A stretch of 64,000 bases of DNA from NCBI GenBank assembly GCA_963665845.2, contig OY762492.1, positions 3,680,001 to 3,744,000 on the forward strand. The letters are read 5' to 3'. The notes beneath the pieces are model-generated. The model was not told where the DNA came from and did not search any database. It worked only from the letters and a program-made list of their open reading frames with translations. Source of the stretch: Candidatus Poribacteria bacterium. Lineage in GTDB: Bacteria > Poribacteria > WGA-4E > GCA-2687025. Below, piece by piece: positions 9,043-19,092 of the stretch (positions within the stretch are counted from its first letter, which is position 1; the number at the start of each line of letters is the position of its first letter). Both the position numbers and the translations under genes were made by a program.

Positions 9043-11982
9043 TTATTTACTGCGCAGCTCCTCAAAACGTTTCAGGATTCTTCCCAGCCGGTCGTAGTTG
9101 ACGCCGAATTCGCCCCAGTTTCCTTGTTTCTGGGCGGCTTCGCCCGCCTCGTACGCCTCCAGGGCGTTCAGCGCCTCCTGCATGATCGCCTGCGCGTCCT
9201 CTTCCAGCGGAATCGCCTGCATACCCGCTTCCCCGTCCGCCGCAACAACCGCGCCGCTCTCCTGACCAAACAGGCGCGACAAGGCGTCCATCAGGCTGTC
9301 GCCCATCGAGATGCGCGGCTGATCGGTGCCTTCGGTGTAACTCACATACCCCGCCAGCACCTTGCGCAGAAGCGGAATGGGCATGTTAGCCGCCTCTAGA
9401 TAAAGCGGCTCAATCGCCAGAACGCCCTGACTCAACGGAAACAGAAGCAGGTTGCCGCGCAGGACGTTCGCCTGCTGCGTCTTCCGCCAGAACGAGTAAT
9501 CGTTGTGTCCGCTGAAATGCGATTCCCACTGCTCCGTTCCGGTCATCTGCTGCCCCTTCGGGAAGGTGTAAATGTAGATCTGCCCGTACTGCGGACCTCC
9601 CTGCGGGTCGGATCGATAATCGCACCGCGCCGCCATCCATGCGCTCATGACCTCCTTGTCGCGCGGCGTGTACGGGTAGATGAGCAGAAATTCAGGGTCG
9701 CTGCCGTCCGGAAGCTCCATCGTCACATAATACGGCTCGACCGGAATGGTGTCTTTTTCGTCGCGGTAGTTTTCCTCCGACAGGTCCCACAGGTCCTCCT
9801 GTAGAAAAAAGGTGTCAGGGTCGGTCATATGGTACGCCCGCAGCTGCCGCGCTTGCAGCCAGAACATCGTCAGCGGGTAGCGGATATGTTTTTTCAGCTC
9901 GTCCGGCATCTCCGAGAAGGGGCGGAGCAGGTTCGGAAAGATGCGCGCGTAACATTCCAGCAGCGGATCGTCTACCTGAAGCGTCGGTTCGGTGTCGAGT
10001 CGGTAAAACTGAACCGATCCGTCATACACATCCACCACCGCCTTGACCGAGTTGCGGATGTAATTGCCCCATGGAACGCCGCGCGGCAGAACGCGCATGG
10101 ACGCCGAACGCCCGCGCGCGTCTCTCACCAGCCCTGTATAGGCGTCCAGAAGCGGCTGCGAATACGGATAATTCGACGCGGTCATATAGGCGTCGATGAT
10201 CCAGTGCAGGCGTCCGTCGGCAACGACAAGGTACGGGTCTTTGTCGTATTTCAAAAACGGCGCGATGCGCGTCACCCGTTCCAGTATGTTGCGGCGGTAC
10301 ATGAGCCTGCTGCCGTTTTTGATGTCGGTGTTGAGAATGTAGTTGTAGTCGCCGAACGCCGCGGCGTACGTGGCTCTCCGCAGCATCGAGTCGATGGGGA
10401 CGCCGCCCTTTCCGGTGTAGGTGTATTTGGCGAACTGATCGCCTTGCAAGGGGTAATCGAACTCGACCGGGTTCTCGTTTTCAGGGTTCACGATGACGCT
10501 GTGGTTGGTGCGTTCGCCGTAGTAGACGCGCGGACCGGGCGCCTCCGCCATTCGATGCTTCCATTCGGAGTCGTACTGGTGCGGTATGTCGCGCACATAA
10601 TAGATCGGCTCGCCCTCGCGCGTTTCGTTCACCGGACCGGCGACAAAGCCGTACCCGTGGGTGAAATTGAAGGTTCGGTTGATCCAGTTGTTACCGGCGC
10701 GCGTCAGCTGACTCACATCCACCTCGCGCGGCGAGATGGACACCTGGCGGACAATATCGCCCATCTCATACCGGTCAATGTCCACATTTTCAAAGTTGTA
10801 CTGGGGGCGCAGCTCCTGCTTCTGAATATACACCTTTTTGAGCGGGCGCGGGTCCAGCAGCCGTATGTTTTTTTCTATGCTGGGACGGGTGACATCGCTC
10901 AAACGCAGCGGCTCCCCGCCCTCCTGAAGCTCCTGCATCGTGATCCCGCTTAGTCCGAAGGCGTGGCGCGTCATGACAATGTTGTTGAGGATATAGGGGC
11001 GCTGAAGCTCCTGCTTGTTTGGGACAACCTGAAAATTGTTGATGAGAGTCGGATACACCGTGCCGCCGAGGATGAACGCCAGCAGATACAGCCCCGTCAT
11101 GTAGACCCCCCACTTGATCTTGTTCACGCTGACGCTGATGAACCAAGCGGCGGCGGCAAGCGCGCAGATCGCAATCAGGATATACAGCACGGGCAGGCGG
11201 GCTTTATGCTCCACAAAGCCCGCGCCGAAAAACAGCGGATTGTCGACATACAGCAGCTCGTATCGGCTCAGCCAATGCCTCCAGCCGAGCGCGGCAAAGG
11301 AGACGCCGGCAAGCGTCCCCAGATGAACGGCGGCGCCTTTGGAGATATTGAGCCGATTCTGGTCATCCAGCAGGGCGCCGTAAAAATAGTAGGCGGCCGC
11401 CATGACAAGCGTCACAGGAATGCTGACGGCGATGAGCCAGCCGTTCAAAAACTGCTCAAACGGCAGCGTCAGCATGTAGTACGCGACATTCTTTTGAAAG
11501 ATCGGGTCCAGTATCGGCTGCCCGGCGGAGTCGGCGAACTGTATGCTGTTGGCGTTGAACCAGCGCTGTATCACTTCCCACTGCGCGGCGGCAGAGTATC
11601 CCAGGGCGACCGCCGCGGCGACGGTCGCGCCGTAGAGAATGCGGCGCAGATACTGGCGCATTTCGGCGGGGGAGGCTTGCCACGGCATGGCGTTCCGGGC
11701 GGTTGGATGCATGCTTTCAGGCGCGAGGCGGTGGAGCAGCCAGACGTTCAACAAGCCGACCGCCAAGATCAGCAGACCAATCAGAACGGCGACGACAACC
11801 TTTGTCCACAGAATCGTCGTGAAGACATCGACATACTCGGAGCCGCTGGCGGAGCCGACGGAACGGAACCACCACACATCCGGCAGGACGGCGAGCCATA
11901 TTCTGATCAAAACCCATAAAATGCCGACGACGATGCCGGCAATAGCCATTTTTCGAACTCTCTGCGTCATAGACGACTCCAT
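9043..11982 (-). CDS. UPF0182 family membrane protein
   Basis: WWFRSVG, DPIFQKNVAYY..LP, NIRLLDPRP, FTHGYG, DPYLVV, NYIRNSVKAVVDVYDG, HIRYP, PVEPYY. Start is 11982 or 11970. Confidence 0.9.
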   Translation of the reverse strand: MESSMTQRVRKMAIAGIVVGILWVLIRIWLAVLPDVWWFRSVGSASGSEYVDVFTTILWTKVVVAVLIGLLILAVGLLNVWLLHRLAPESMHPTARNAMPWQASPAEMRQYLRRILYGATVAAAVALGYSAAAQWEVIQRWFNANSIQFADSAGQPILDPIFQKNVAYYMLTLPFEQFLNGWLIAVSIPVTLVMAAAYYFYGALLDDQNRLNISKGAAVHLGTLAGVSFAALGWRHWLSRYELLYVDNPLFFGAGFVEHKARLPVLYILIAICALAAAAWFISVSVNKIKWGVYMTGLYLLAFILGGTVYPTLINNFQVVPNKQELQRPYILNNIVMTRHAFGLSGITMQELQEGGEPLRLSDVTRPSIEKNIRLLDPRPLKKVYIQKQELRPQYNFENVDIDRYEMGDIVRQVSISPREVDVSQLTRAGNNWINRTFNFTHGYGFVAGPVNETREGEPIYYVRDIPHQYDSEWKHRMAEAPGPRVYYGERTNHSVIVNPENENPVEFDYPLQGDQFAKYTYTGKGGVPIDSMLRRATYAAAFGDYNYILNTDIKNGSRLMYRRNILERVTRIAPFLKYDKDPYLVVADGRLHWIIDAYMTASNYPYSQPLLDAYTGLVRDARGRSASMRVLPRGVPWGNYIRNSVKAVVDVYDGSVQFYRLDTEPTLQVDDPLLECYARIFPNLLRPFSEMPDELKKHIRYPLTMFWLQARQLRAYHMTDPDTFFLQEDLWDLSEENYRDEKDTIPVEPYYVTMELPDGSDPEFLLIYPYTPRDKEVMSAWMAARCDYRSDPQGGPQYGQIYIYTFPKGQQMTGTEQWESHFSGHNDYSFWRKTQQANVLRGNLLLFPLSQGVLAIEPLYLEAANMPIPLLRKVLAGYVSYTEGTDQPRISMGDSLMDALSRLFGQESGAVVAADGEAGMQAIPLEEDAQAIMQEALNALEAYEAGEAAQKQGNWGEFGVNYDRLGRILKRFEELRSK

Positions 11983-12074
11983 GCGGTCTTTCAACGGATC
12001 GACTTTACCGTACAACAACAACGCGCGCAGCGCAAGCGCCGAAAAGGGCATGGCAGTACGTTAAAGCGCTGGTC

Positions 12075-12186
12075 GTCATTCCCGCTCTCCCATCCTGTCA
12101 TTCCCGCTCTCCCATCCTGTCATTCCCGCTCTCCCATCCTGTCATTCCCGCTCTCCCATTCTGTCATTCCCGCGTAAGCGGGAATC
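12075..12186 (+). repeat. Tandem array of four 22-bp units (GTCATTCCCGCTCTCCCATCCT) ending in a full dRS3-like palindrome
   Basis: Units start at 12075, 12097, 12119 and 12141; GTCATTCCCGCGTAAGCGGGAATC starts at 12163. Confidence 0.95.
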
Positions 12187-12356
12187 TTAGGCGCCGCAGC
12201 CGCCGCGCGCGGCTAAAACCCCCTAGCCCCCCTTTTCAAGGGGGGAATCCAGAGGCGCCCAATTTTTGTGAACAGCGCTCAATTATGCGTCGTTCGCCAA
12301 GAGGAGCGCATGACGCGAAACCCGCTAGAGGCGCGGGATCATGGACAGACGGGCGT

Positions 12357-12372
12357 TGGCACGCTTATTGCT
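12357..12372 (+). promoter_or_regulatory. Sigma54 (-24/-12) promoter
   Basis: TGGCACG-CTTA-TTGCT matches the consensus TGGCACG-N4-TTGCW exactly; intergenic, about 65 bp upstream of the ORF at 12438. Confidence 0.75.
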
Positions 12373-12437
12373 AATGAAACGGCGTGAAACAAAAAAGAAT
12401 GCAGCGCGGCAAGACGACCGCGAAGGAGAACAGGACA

Positions 12438-12668
12438 ATGCCTCGATTTCAATGCGCCTTTCCGTATGAGAACGGGAGCCGACGCGAATGCAGCCAGGAG
12501 CGCTCAAACGGCAACGGAGCCGACCGCAAAACCCGCGCGCCCATCGAAGCGGTGTACGAGTTTGAAGCGCGCAACGCCGAGCAGCTGTACAAATGGCTCG
12601 AAATGAAAGGCGCCCCCATACGCTCCATCCGCGACATCAAGCTGGTGGAGAAGGAAACTTCCTCTTAA
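12438..12668 (+). CDS. Small hypothetical protein (76 aa)
   Basis: AAGGAG upstream of ATG, sigma54 promoter upstream, converges on the sulfatase stop with a 1-bp gap. Confidence 0.6.
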   Translation: MPRFQCAFPYENGSRRECSQERSNGNGADRKTRAPIEAVYEFEARNAEQLYKWLEMKGAPIRSIRDIKLVEKETSS

Positions 12669-12669
12669 C

Positions 12670-14064
12670 TTACTCCTCTTCAGCGCGGCCGGGACCTCGC
12701 GCTTGATCTTTCAGCTGCGCGTCAAATCGGCGCGCCGCGGCGGTCAAGCGCTCTACGACCGCTTCGTTCGCTTCCGCCGTGTTCTCCGACTCGGCGATGT
12801 CGGCGTCCAGCTGGTACAGCTGGGCGGGGTTTTTCTCGTCGTTACCGCCAGCCAGATGCAGTTTCCAATTGCCGCGGCGGACGGCGCGCAGATTGGTTCC
12901 CCTGTAAAAATAAAAATGCCGATCCGGCGCGGACGCCTCAGGGTCGCGCAGCGCGGCGCCGACATCTTCGCCGTCGATGGCGCGTTCCGGCAGATCGGAG
13001 CCGACAAGACCGGCGATGGTCGGCAGCAGGTCGATGGAGCTGACGATCTCGGAGCTGACCGTTCCCGCGGGAATGGTTCCCGGCCAGCGCATGACGCACG
13101 GGACGCGGAAGCCGCCCTCATAGACGCTGAATTTGCCGCCGCGCAGGGGGAGGGCGCATCCGCCGTCCTCCTTTTTCTGAAGCCAAGGGCCGTTGTCGGA
13201 AGTGAAGACGACGAGCGTTTTTTCGTCGATGCCGAGATCGCGCAGCGTCTCCAAGATGCGCCCTGTCGACCAGTCGATCTCCTCAATGGTGTCGCCGTAA
13301 AGTCCGCGCTCGGACGTCCCGACAAACCCCTCGGAAGCGTAAAGCGGCACATGCGGCATGGTGTGCGCGAGATAGAGAAAGAAAGGGCTGTCATGGCTGC
13401 CGCGTATGAACCGCAGCGCCTCCTCGGTGTAACGCTGCGTCAGCGTCTCTTGGACGGCGGGGCGTTCGATGATCTCTTCGTTGCGCATGATCGGGACATT
13501 AAAAATGCGTCCGTTTTCGGTTTGAACCGCGTCCATGTCGTTCGAGTACGGGATGCCGTAGTAGGAATCGAAGCCGTGCGCTGTCGGAAGAAACTGGGGC
13601 AGATGTCCGAGATGCCATTTTCCGACGCATGCGGTGGCATATCCTTTTTTCTTTAAGAGGCTGGCGATGGTCGTTTCGCTGGAGTCGAGTCCGATTGTGT
13701 TGCGCGGAAAGAGAACGGAGGTGATGCCGACGCGCGGCGGATAGCAGCCTGTCAACAGGGCGGCGCGGGAAGGCGAACAGATAGAGGCGGCAACATAAAA
13801 ATCGGTGAGCCGCATGCCCTCTTTCGCCATCTGGTCAATGCGCGGCGTCTTGATGTTGGGCGAGCCGAAGCAGCCCAGATCCTGATACCCTTGATCGTCC
13901 GTGAAGATTATGACGATGTTGGGCAGGTCGGGCGGTTCGTTTTCGGTCTCGTTTTCGTTCGCCGCTCCGGTTTGAGAAGCGGCTTGCGAGGCGGCAACGG
14001 CGGACGCCGCGGCTGTTTTGATGAAGTCGCGCCGGGTCGGTTCGTCTGCGCGCTCGGTTGTCAT
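12670..14064 (-). CDS. Tat-exported sulfatase (formylglycine-dependent)
   Basis: Tat motif TRRDFIK, PNIVIIFTDDQG, CSPSRAALLTG, GKWHLG, FTSDNG. Confidence 0.95.
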   Translation of the reverse strand: MTTERADEPTRRDFIKTAAASAVAASQAASQTGAANENETENEPPDLPNIVIIFTDDQGYQDLGCFGSPNIKTPRIDQMAKEGMRLTDFYVAASICSPSRAALLTGCYPPRVGITSVLFPRNTIGLDSSETTIASLLKKKGYATACVGKWHLGHLPQFLPTAHGFDSYYGIPYSNDMDAVQTENGRIFNVPIMRNEEIIERPAVQETLTQRYTEEALRFIRGSHDSPFFLYLAHTMPHVPLYASEGFVGTSERGLYGDTIEEIDWSTGRILETLRDLGIDEKTLVVFTSDNGPWLQKKEDGGCALPLRGGKFSVYEGGFRVPCVMRWPGTIPAGTVSSEIVSSIDLLPTIAGLVGSDLPERAIDGEDVGAALRDPEASAPDRHFYFYRGTNLRAVRRGNWKLHLAGGNDEKNPAQLYQLDADIAESENTAEANEAVVERLTAAARRFDAQLKDQARGPGRAEEE

Positions 14065-14136
14065 GGGGCGCTCCCTTGGCTGAGCATGTGTGTTCAAGGA
14101 TGTATGTTAAAGGCAACGGCTGATAGGCGCAACATG

Positions 14137-14315
14137 CGACCTTATGTCTTTAGTTGGAACATTCCGCCTGGCGAACGCGAACGTCTTCTGCCGCGCCTTT
14201 GGATTCCCGTTTTCACGGGAATGACGAAATCAGAGCATAAGATTCCCGCTTGCGCGGGAATGACGAAAACCAGCGTCTAAGATTCCCGTTTTCATGGGAA
14301 TGACGAAATCAGAGC
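14137..14315. repeat. MITE-A arm followed by three dRS3-like palindromes at about 39-bp periodicity
   Basis: GATTCCCG-N6-(C/T)GGGAATGACGAAA three times with about 10-nt linkers. Confidence 0.85.
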
Positions 14316-16214
14316 CTAGCCGCCGGGCGCAACCGATATGCCGAAGAGGCGGCGGTAAAACGCCAGCTCCGTTTCTAAGGCGCGCCGCACGTTTTTCGCC
14401 TGGCGAAAGCCATGCCCTTCCCCTTCAAAGAGGACGCATTCGGCGTCCAGCCCGTTGTCGTTCAGCGTTTTGAGCATCGCTTCCGTTTGGTTGGGCGGAA
14501 CAACCTTGTCCTCCATGCCCTGCAAGAACAGAACTGGTCCGGAGATGTTCTTGGCGGAATGGATCGGCGACCGCTCCCGGTATAGATCGGCGCGTTCAGG
14601 ATACGGTCCGATCAGTCTGTCCAGGTATCTCGATTCAAACTTATGAGTGTCCTTCGCCAGCGCCTCCAGATCGCCGATGCCGTAGTAGCTGCATCCCCCC
14701 TTAAAGACGTCTCGAAACGCGAGCGCCGCCAGCGCGGTGAACCCGCCGGCGCTTCCGCCGCGTATCGCCATGCGTTTGCCGTCAACAGCTCCCCGCTCCG
14801 CCATAGCGCGCGCCCCGTTGACGCTGTCGTCCACATCGACGACGCCCCATTGCCCGTTCAGCCGCTCTCTATAGCCGCGTCCGTAGCCGGCGCTTCCGCC
14901 GTAGTTGACATCCAGAACGGCAAACCCTCGGCTGGTGAAAAACTGAACGGCGGGGTTGTAAGACGCGGTCGCCGCGCTGGTCGGCCCGCCGTGGCAGCTG
15001 ACAATCAAGGGCGGCTTTTCCCCTTCAAGAGGCGCGTACTCGTCGTTCTTAGGCGGATAAAAGAAACCGCGCGCCGTCAGCCCGTTTTCCGTTGAAAATT
15101 CAACCTCCACAGGCAGCGACAGATAACGTTCGTCCGCTTCCGTTTCGTCGGGGCGGCGAATCGTCTCGATCTCCCTGGAGGCAAGATCGATCTGAATCAA
15201 CTCGGCGGGGCGGGACGGCGAAGCGGCGTATAGATAGAGATGTCCATCCGCCGCCAAGGGCGAACTCAACTCTGTATAAGGCGTCTCAATGCGCTCCGCC
15301 TCTCCAGAGGTCAAGTTGATGAGCGCGAGGCGGGACTGCCCATTCTGACGATAAACGGCGGCAACCTCGTCTGCCGAGATGTAGGCGTAGGCGCGCATTC
15401 CAAACCCCCATTGCGGCAGTCCAAATTCGGCGTCCATCGGGGCGATGTTTCGCGCGGCGCCGTTTTCGATGCGGTAGAGGTTCCACCAGCCGGTTCGGTC
15501 AGACGCGAAAGTGAGCGTCCCGTCGGGCGACCATGTCGGTTGAAAGATCGACTCGTCCGAACCGCCGGCAACGCGCCGCTGGTTCGTTAACTCTCCTGAA
15601 GGCGCGCATTCCGCTGTCCACAGCTCCGTTCCGTCCCACGGCATATTCGGGTGGTTCCACGCGAGCCATGCAATCTGCGAGCCGTCTGGACCGATTCGCG
15701 GCGAGGAGACAAAGTCGCTTTCCGCGTAAAGAATCGAGACGGCGCCGGTCTCCGCGTCTACGGACGCCAGCGCGTTCAGCGGTTCGTTTCCGCTCCGCTC
15801 CCGTTCTACGACACATAAAATGCGGTTGCGCCGCGCGTCCATCACGCCGTCCGCATAGCGGGAGCCGTTCGCCGGGGTGAGCGGATCGGGCTGCATGCCG
15901 GCGTCCTGCCGGTAAAGGCGCTGGTCGGCGTCGTTTGAAAAAAAGATCGTTCCGTCATGGACGAGATAATCGCCCCCGCCGTATTCATGGACGCGGCTGC
16001 GGACGCTCAAGGGCGCCGGGGTGAGGTCGCGGCGCGTTCCATCCGGCGTTCGCTTCACGAGAACGCTGCGCCCTTTGTCGGCGGGGCGCGTTTCTACCCA
16101 GTAAACATCGGCGCCGTCCGAGGCGGACAGCCCCATTCGGACGCCCGCTTGAGCGACCGTTTCAGCGGAGACGGGGGACTTCCATGAGCAGTATGGCGCG
16201 GTTATTTTGTTCAA
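14316..16214 (-). CDS. S9 family peptidase (dipeptidyl aminopeptidase/acylaminoacyl peptidase)
   Basis: SWKSPVS N-terminus, HGGPT, GGSAGG nucleophile, [16 protein letters not shown]; TTG start overlaps the upstream stop. Confidence 0.93.
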   Translation of the reverse strand: MNKITAPYCSWKSPVSAETVAQAGVRMGLSASDGADVYWVETRPADKGRSVLVKRTPDGTRRDLTPAPLSVRSRVHEYGGGDYLVHDGTIFFSNDADQRLYRQDAGMQPDPLTPANGSRYADGVMDARRNRILCVVERERSGNEPLNALASVDAETGAVSILYAESDFVSSPRIGPDGSQIAWLAWNHPNMPWDGTELWTAECAPSGELTNQRRVAGGSDESIFQPTWSPDGTLTFASDRTGWWNLYRIENGAARNIAPMDAEFGLPQWGFGMRAYAYISADEVAAVYRQNGQSRLALINLTSGEAERIETPYTELSSPLAADGHLYLYAASPSRPAELIQIDLASREIETIRRPDETEADERYLSLPVEVEFSTENGLTARGFFYPPKNDEYAPLEGEKPPLIVSCHGGPTSAATASYNPAVQFFTSRGFAVLDVNYGGSAGYGRGYRERLNGQWGVVDVDDSVNGARAMAERGAVDGKRMAIRGGSAGGFTALAALAFRDVFKGGCSYYGIGDLEALAKDTHKFESRYLDRLIGPYPERADLYRERSPIHSAKNISGPVLFLQGMEDKVVPPNQTEAMLKTLNDNGLDAECVLFEGEGHGFRQAKNVRRALETELAFYRRLFGISVAPGG

Positions 16215-17110
16215 GAGACGCCCAATCGGCGCTTCTGCTCCGCTAACATCTTTTTCTGCTGCGCGACCCGCTTTGGCACGACGCGCTCTCTCGGCCGCGT
16301 CGGTTTGAAATCGAGCCGTTCGACGCCGAGCGCTTTCAGAACCGCCTTCTCAACAAGAGAGAAATCGTCCGGATTTTTTCGGTTGAAGTTCATCGGCTCC
16401 TTGAGCGCGACGGGCGGATTGGTGATGAAGCGCGCCCGTTCGGACGGGTTGCGCGACGCCGAATGGAGAACATACGGGTGGATCAGAACAATGTCGCCGG
16501 CAAGCCCTGTCAGCTCGACAAAGTCGCTGCAGTGTCGAATCAGTTTGCCGAAGCCCGCCTCGGAGGGAAGCAGCCCTTCTGGATGAGCGGCGAGATGGCG
16601 CGCGATATGCTGAACCGAGTCGGCGGCGACGAAGGTTCCGCCGCTTTTCGGAAAGATGTCAGACCAGATGATGATGGTGAGCAGCCCTTGTTCAGGGCTG
16701 TCGAGAAAATGCCGAAAGAAATCGCCGTCTTTGTGCCATCCGCTCATGTTAGGAGACGGAGGCTGCCACGGCTCGCCGTCGCCGATATTGAAATTGATGA
16801 TAAAGCCGTCGCCGAGCGAGAAGTTTTGGGCGTTGCGGATGCGTTCTTCGCCGCCCATGAGGTCGCAGATCGCGTTCCATGCTCTTGGGGCGATGTCGGC
16901 GGCGCGCTTCCAGTTCATGCCGGGGAGATGGACGCGGGGCTCCGCCCAGGTGTCGGGTTCGTAGGGGTCGTATCCGAGCCGTTTGAAAGCGAAGGCGCGC
17001 CATTCCTCAGCCAGCTCGCGCGGAAACGCCTGGCGGATGACGATATGCCCGCGTTCCAGAAACTGCTGCGCCTGCTCCTGCGTGATTTCTCGATAAGAGG
17101 CTTGCGCCAT
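16211..17110 (-). CDS. PhyH-like 2-oxoglutarate/Fe(II) dioxygenase family protein
   Basis: FLERGHIVIR, GWHKDGD (HxD), GDIVLIHPYVLHSAS. Confidence 0.8.
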   Translation of the reverse strand: MAQASYREITQEQAQQFLERGHIVIRQAFPRELAEEWRAFAFKRLGYDPYEPDTWAEPRVHLPGMNWKRAADIAPRAWNAICDLMGGEERIRNAQNFSLGDGFIINFNIGDGEPWQPPSPNMSGWHKDGDFFRHFLDSPEQGLLTIIIWSDIFPKSGGTFVAADSVQHIARHLAAHPEGLLPSEAGFGKLIRHCSDFVELTGLAGDIVLIHPYVLHSASRNPSERARFITNPPVALKEPMNFNRKNPDDFSLVEKAVLKALGVERLDFKPTRPRERVVPKRVAQQKKMLAEQKRRLGVS

Positions 17111-17189
17111 GATCTGTTCCTCTCTGGCGGTGCGTTGTTTGATTTACATTACAGCATTTCGGGTCGAGTTTCAAGAGCGGCGCTCTGAC

Positions 17190-17337
17190 GGCTGTACGCC
17201 CATGCGATGATAGTCGTTTTTAATCCTAAAGCGTCCGCGCCGCCGATCCGTCATTCCCGTGAAAACGGGAATCTTAGGCATCGCAGACGCCGTCCATACC
17301 GCGTCTCCGACCAACATCATCGTATGAGCGTACTGCC
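17190..17337. mobile_element. MITE family B, full copy
   Basis: Terminal inverted repeats GGCTGTACGCCCATGCGATGA / TCATCGTATGAGCGTACTGCC; exact 8-bp duplication GCTCTGAC at 17182-17189 and 17338-17345; internal dRS3-like palindrome. Related arms at about 12052, 32102, 49870 and 60820. Confidence 0.8.
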
Positions 17338-17540
17338 GCTCTGACCTTGCGTCTTTAGTTGGGACATGTCGGCATGGGAACGCGGACGTCATCCCCGATG
17401 CCTCTGGATTCCCGCTTACGCGGGAGTATCTGTGTTCAAAGTCAATCATTTTGCGCTTTCCGTAGCGCCGAAAGTCGCCGCGGCGGATATTTTTCGGCAG
17501 TACCGAAGGAGCCGCCGCAGCGAGATTTCGGAAAGGGTTT

Positions 17541-18955
<1,415 letters not shown>

Positions 18956-19040
18956 ATCATCATACAAATGACGGCATGGATCGGCCGGCTGTCGCGCAAA
19001 TGAATGTCATCGCTTGTAGGCTGGCGACTCCAGTTAGCCT

Positions 19041-19069
19041 TTGACACGCCGCCCGCCTTCTTATATGCT
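19041..19069 (+). promoter_or_regulatory. Putative sigma70 promoter of the WD40 gene pair
   Basis: TTGACA-17 bp-TATGCT. Confidence 0.55.
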
Positions 19070-19092
19070 GTAAAGACAGGCCGAAACTGGAG

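Noticed and set aside
12075-12162. Possible CRISPR array
   Set aside because: Units are near-identical tandem repeats with no unique spacers.
12260-12320. NtrC-type enhancer sites upstream of the sigma54 promoter
   Set aside because: Only weak partial matches to TGCAC-N7-GTGCA; not supportable.
14200-14315. Possible CRISPR mini-array (three palindromic repeats at regular spacing)
   Set aside because: Linkers are only about 10 nt and similar to each other, the repeat is the dispersed dRS3-like palindrome, and no cas genes are present.
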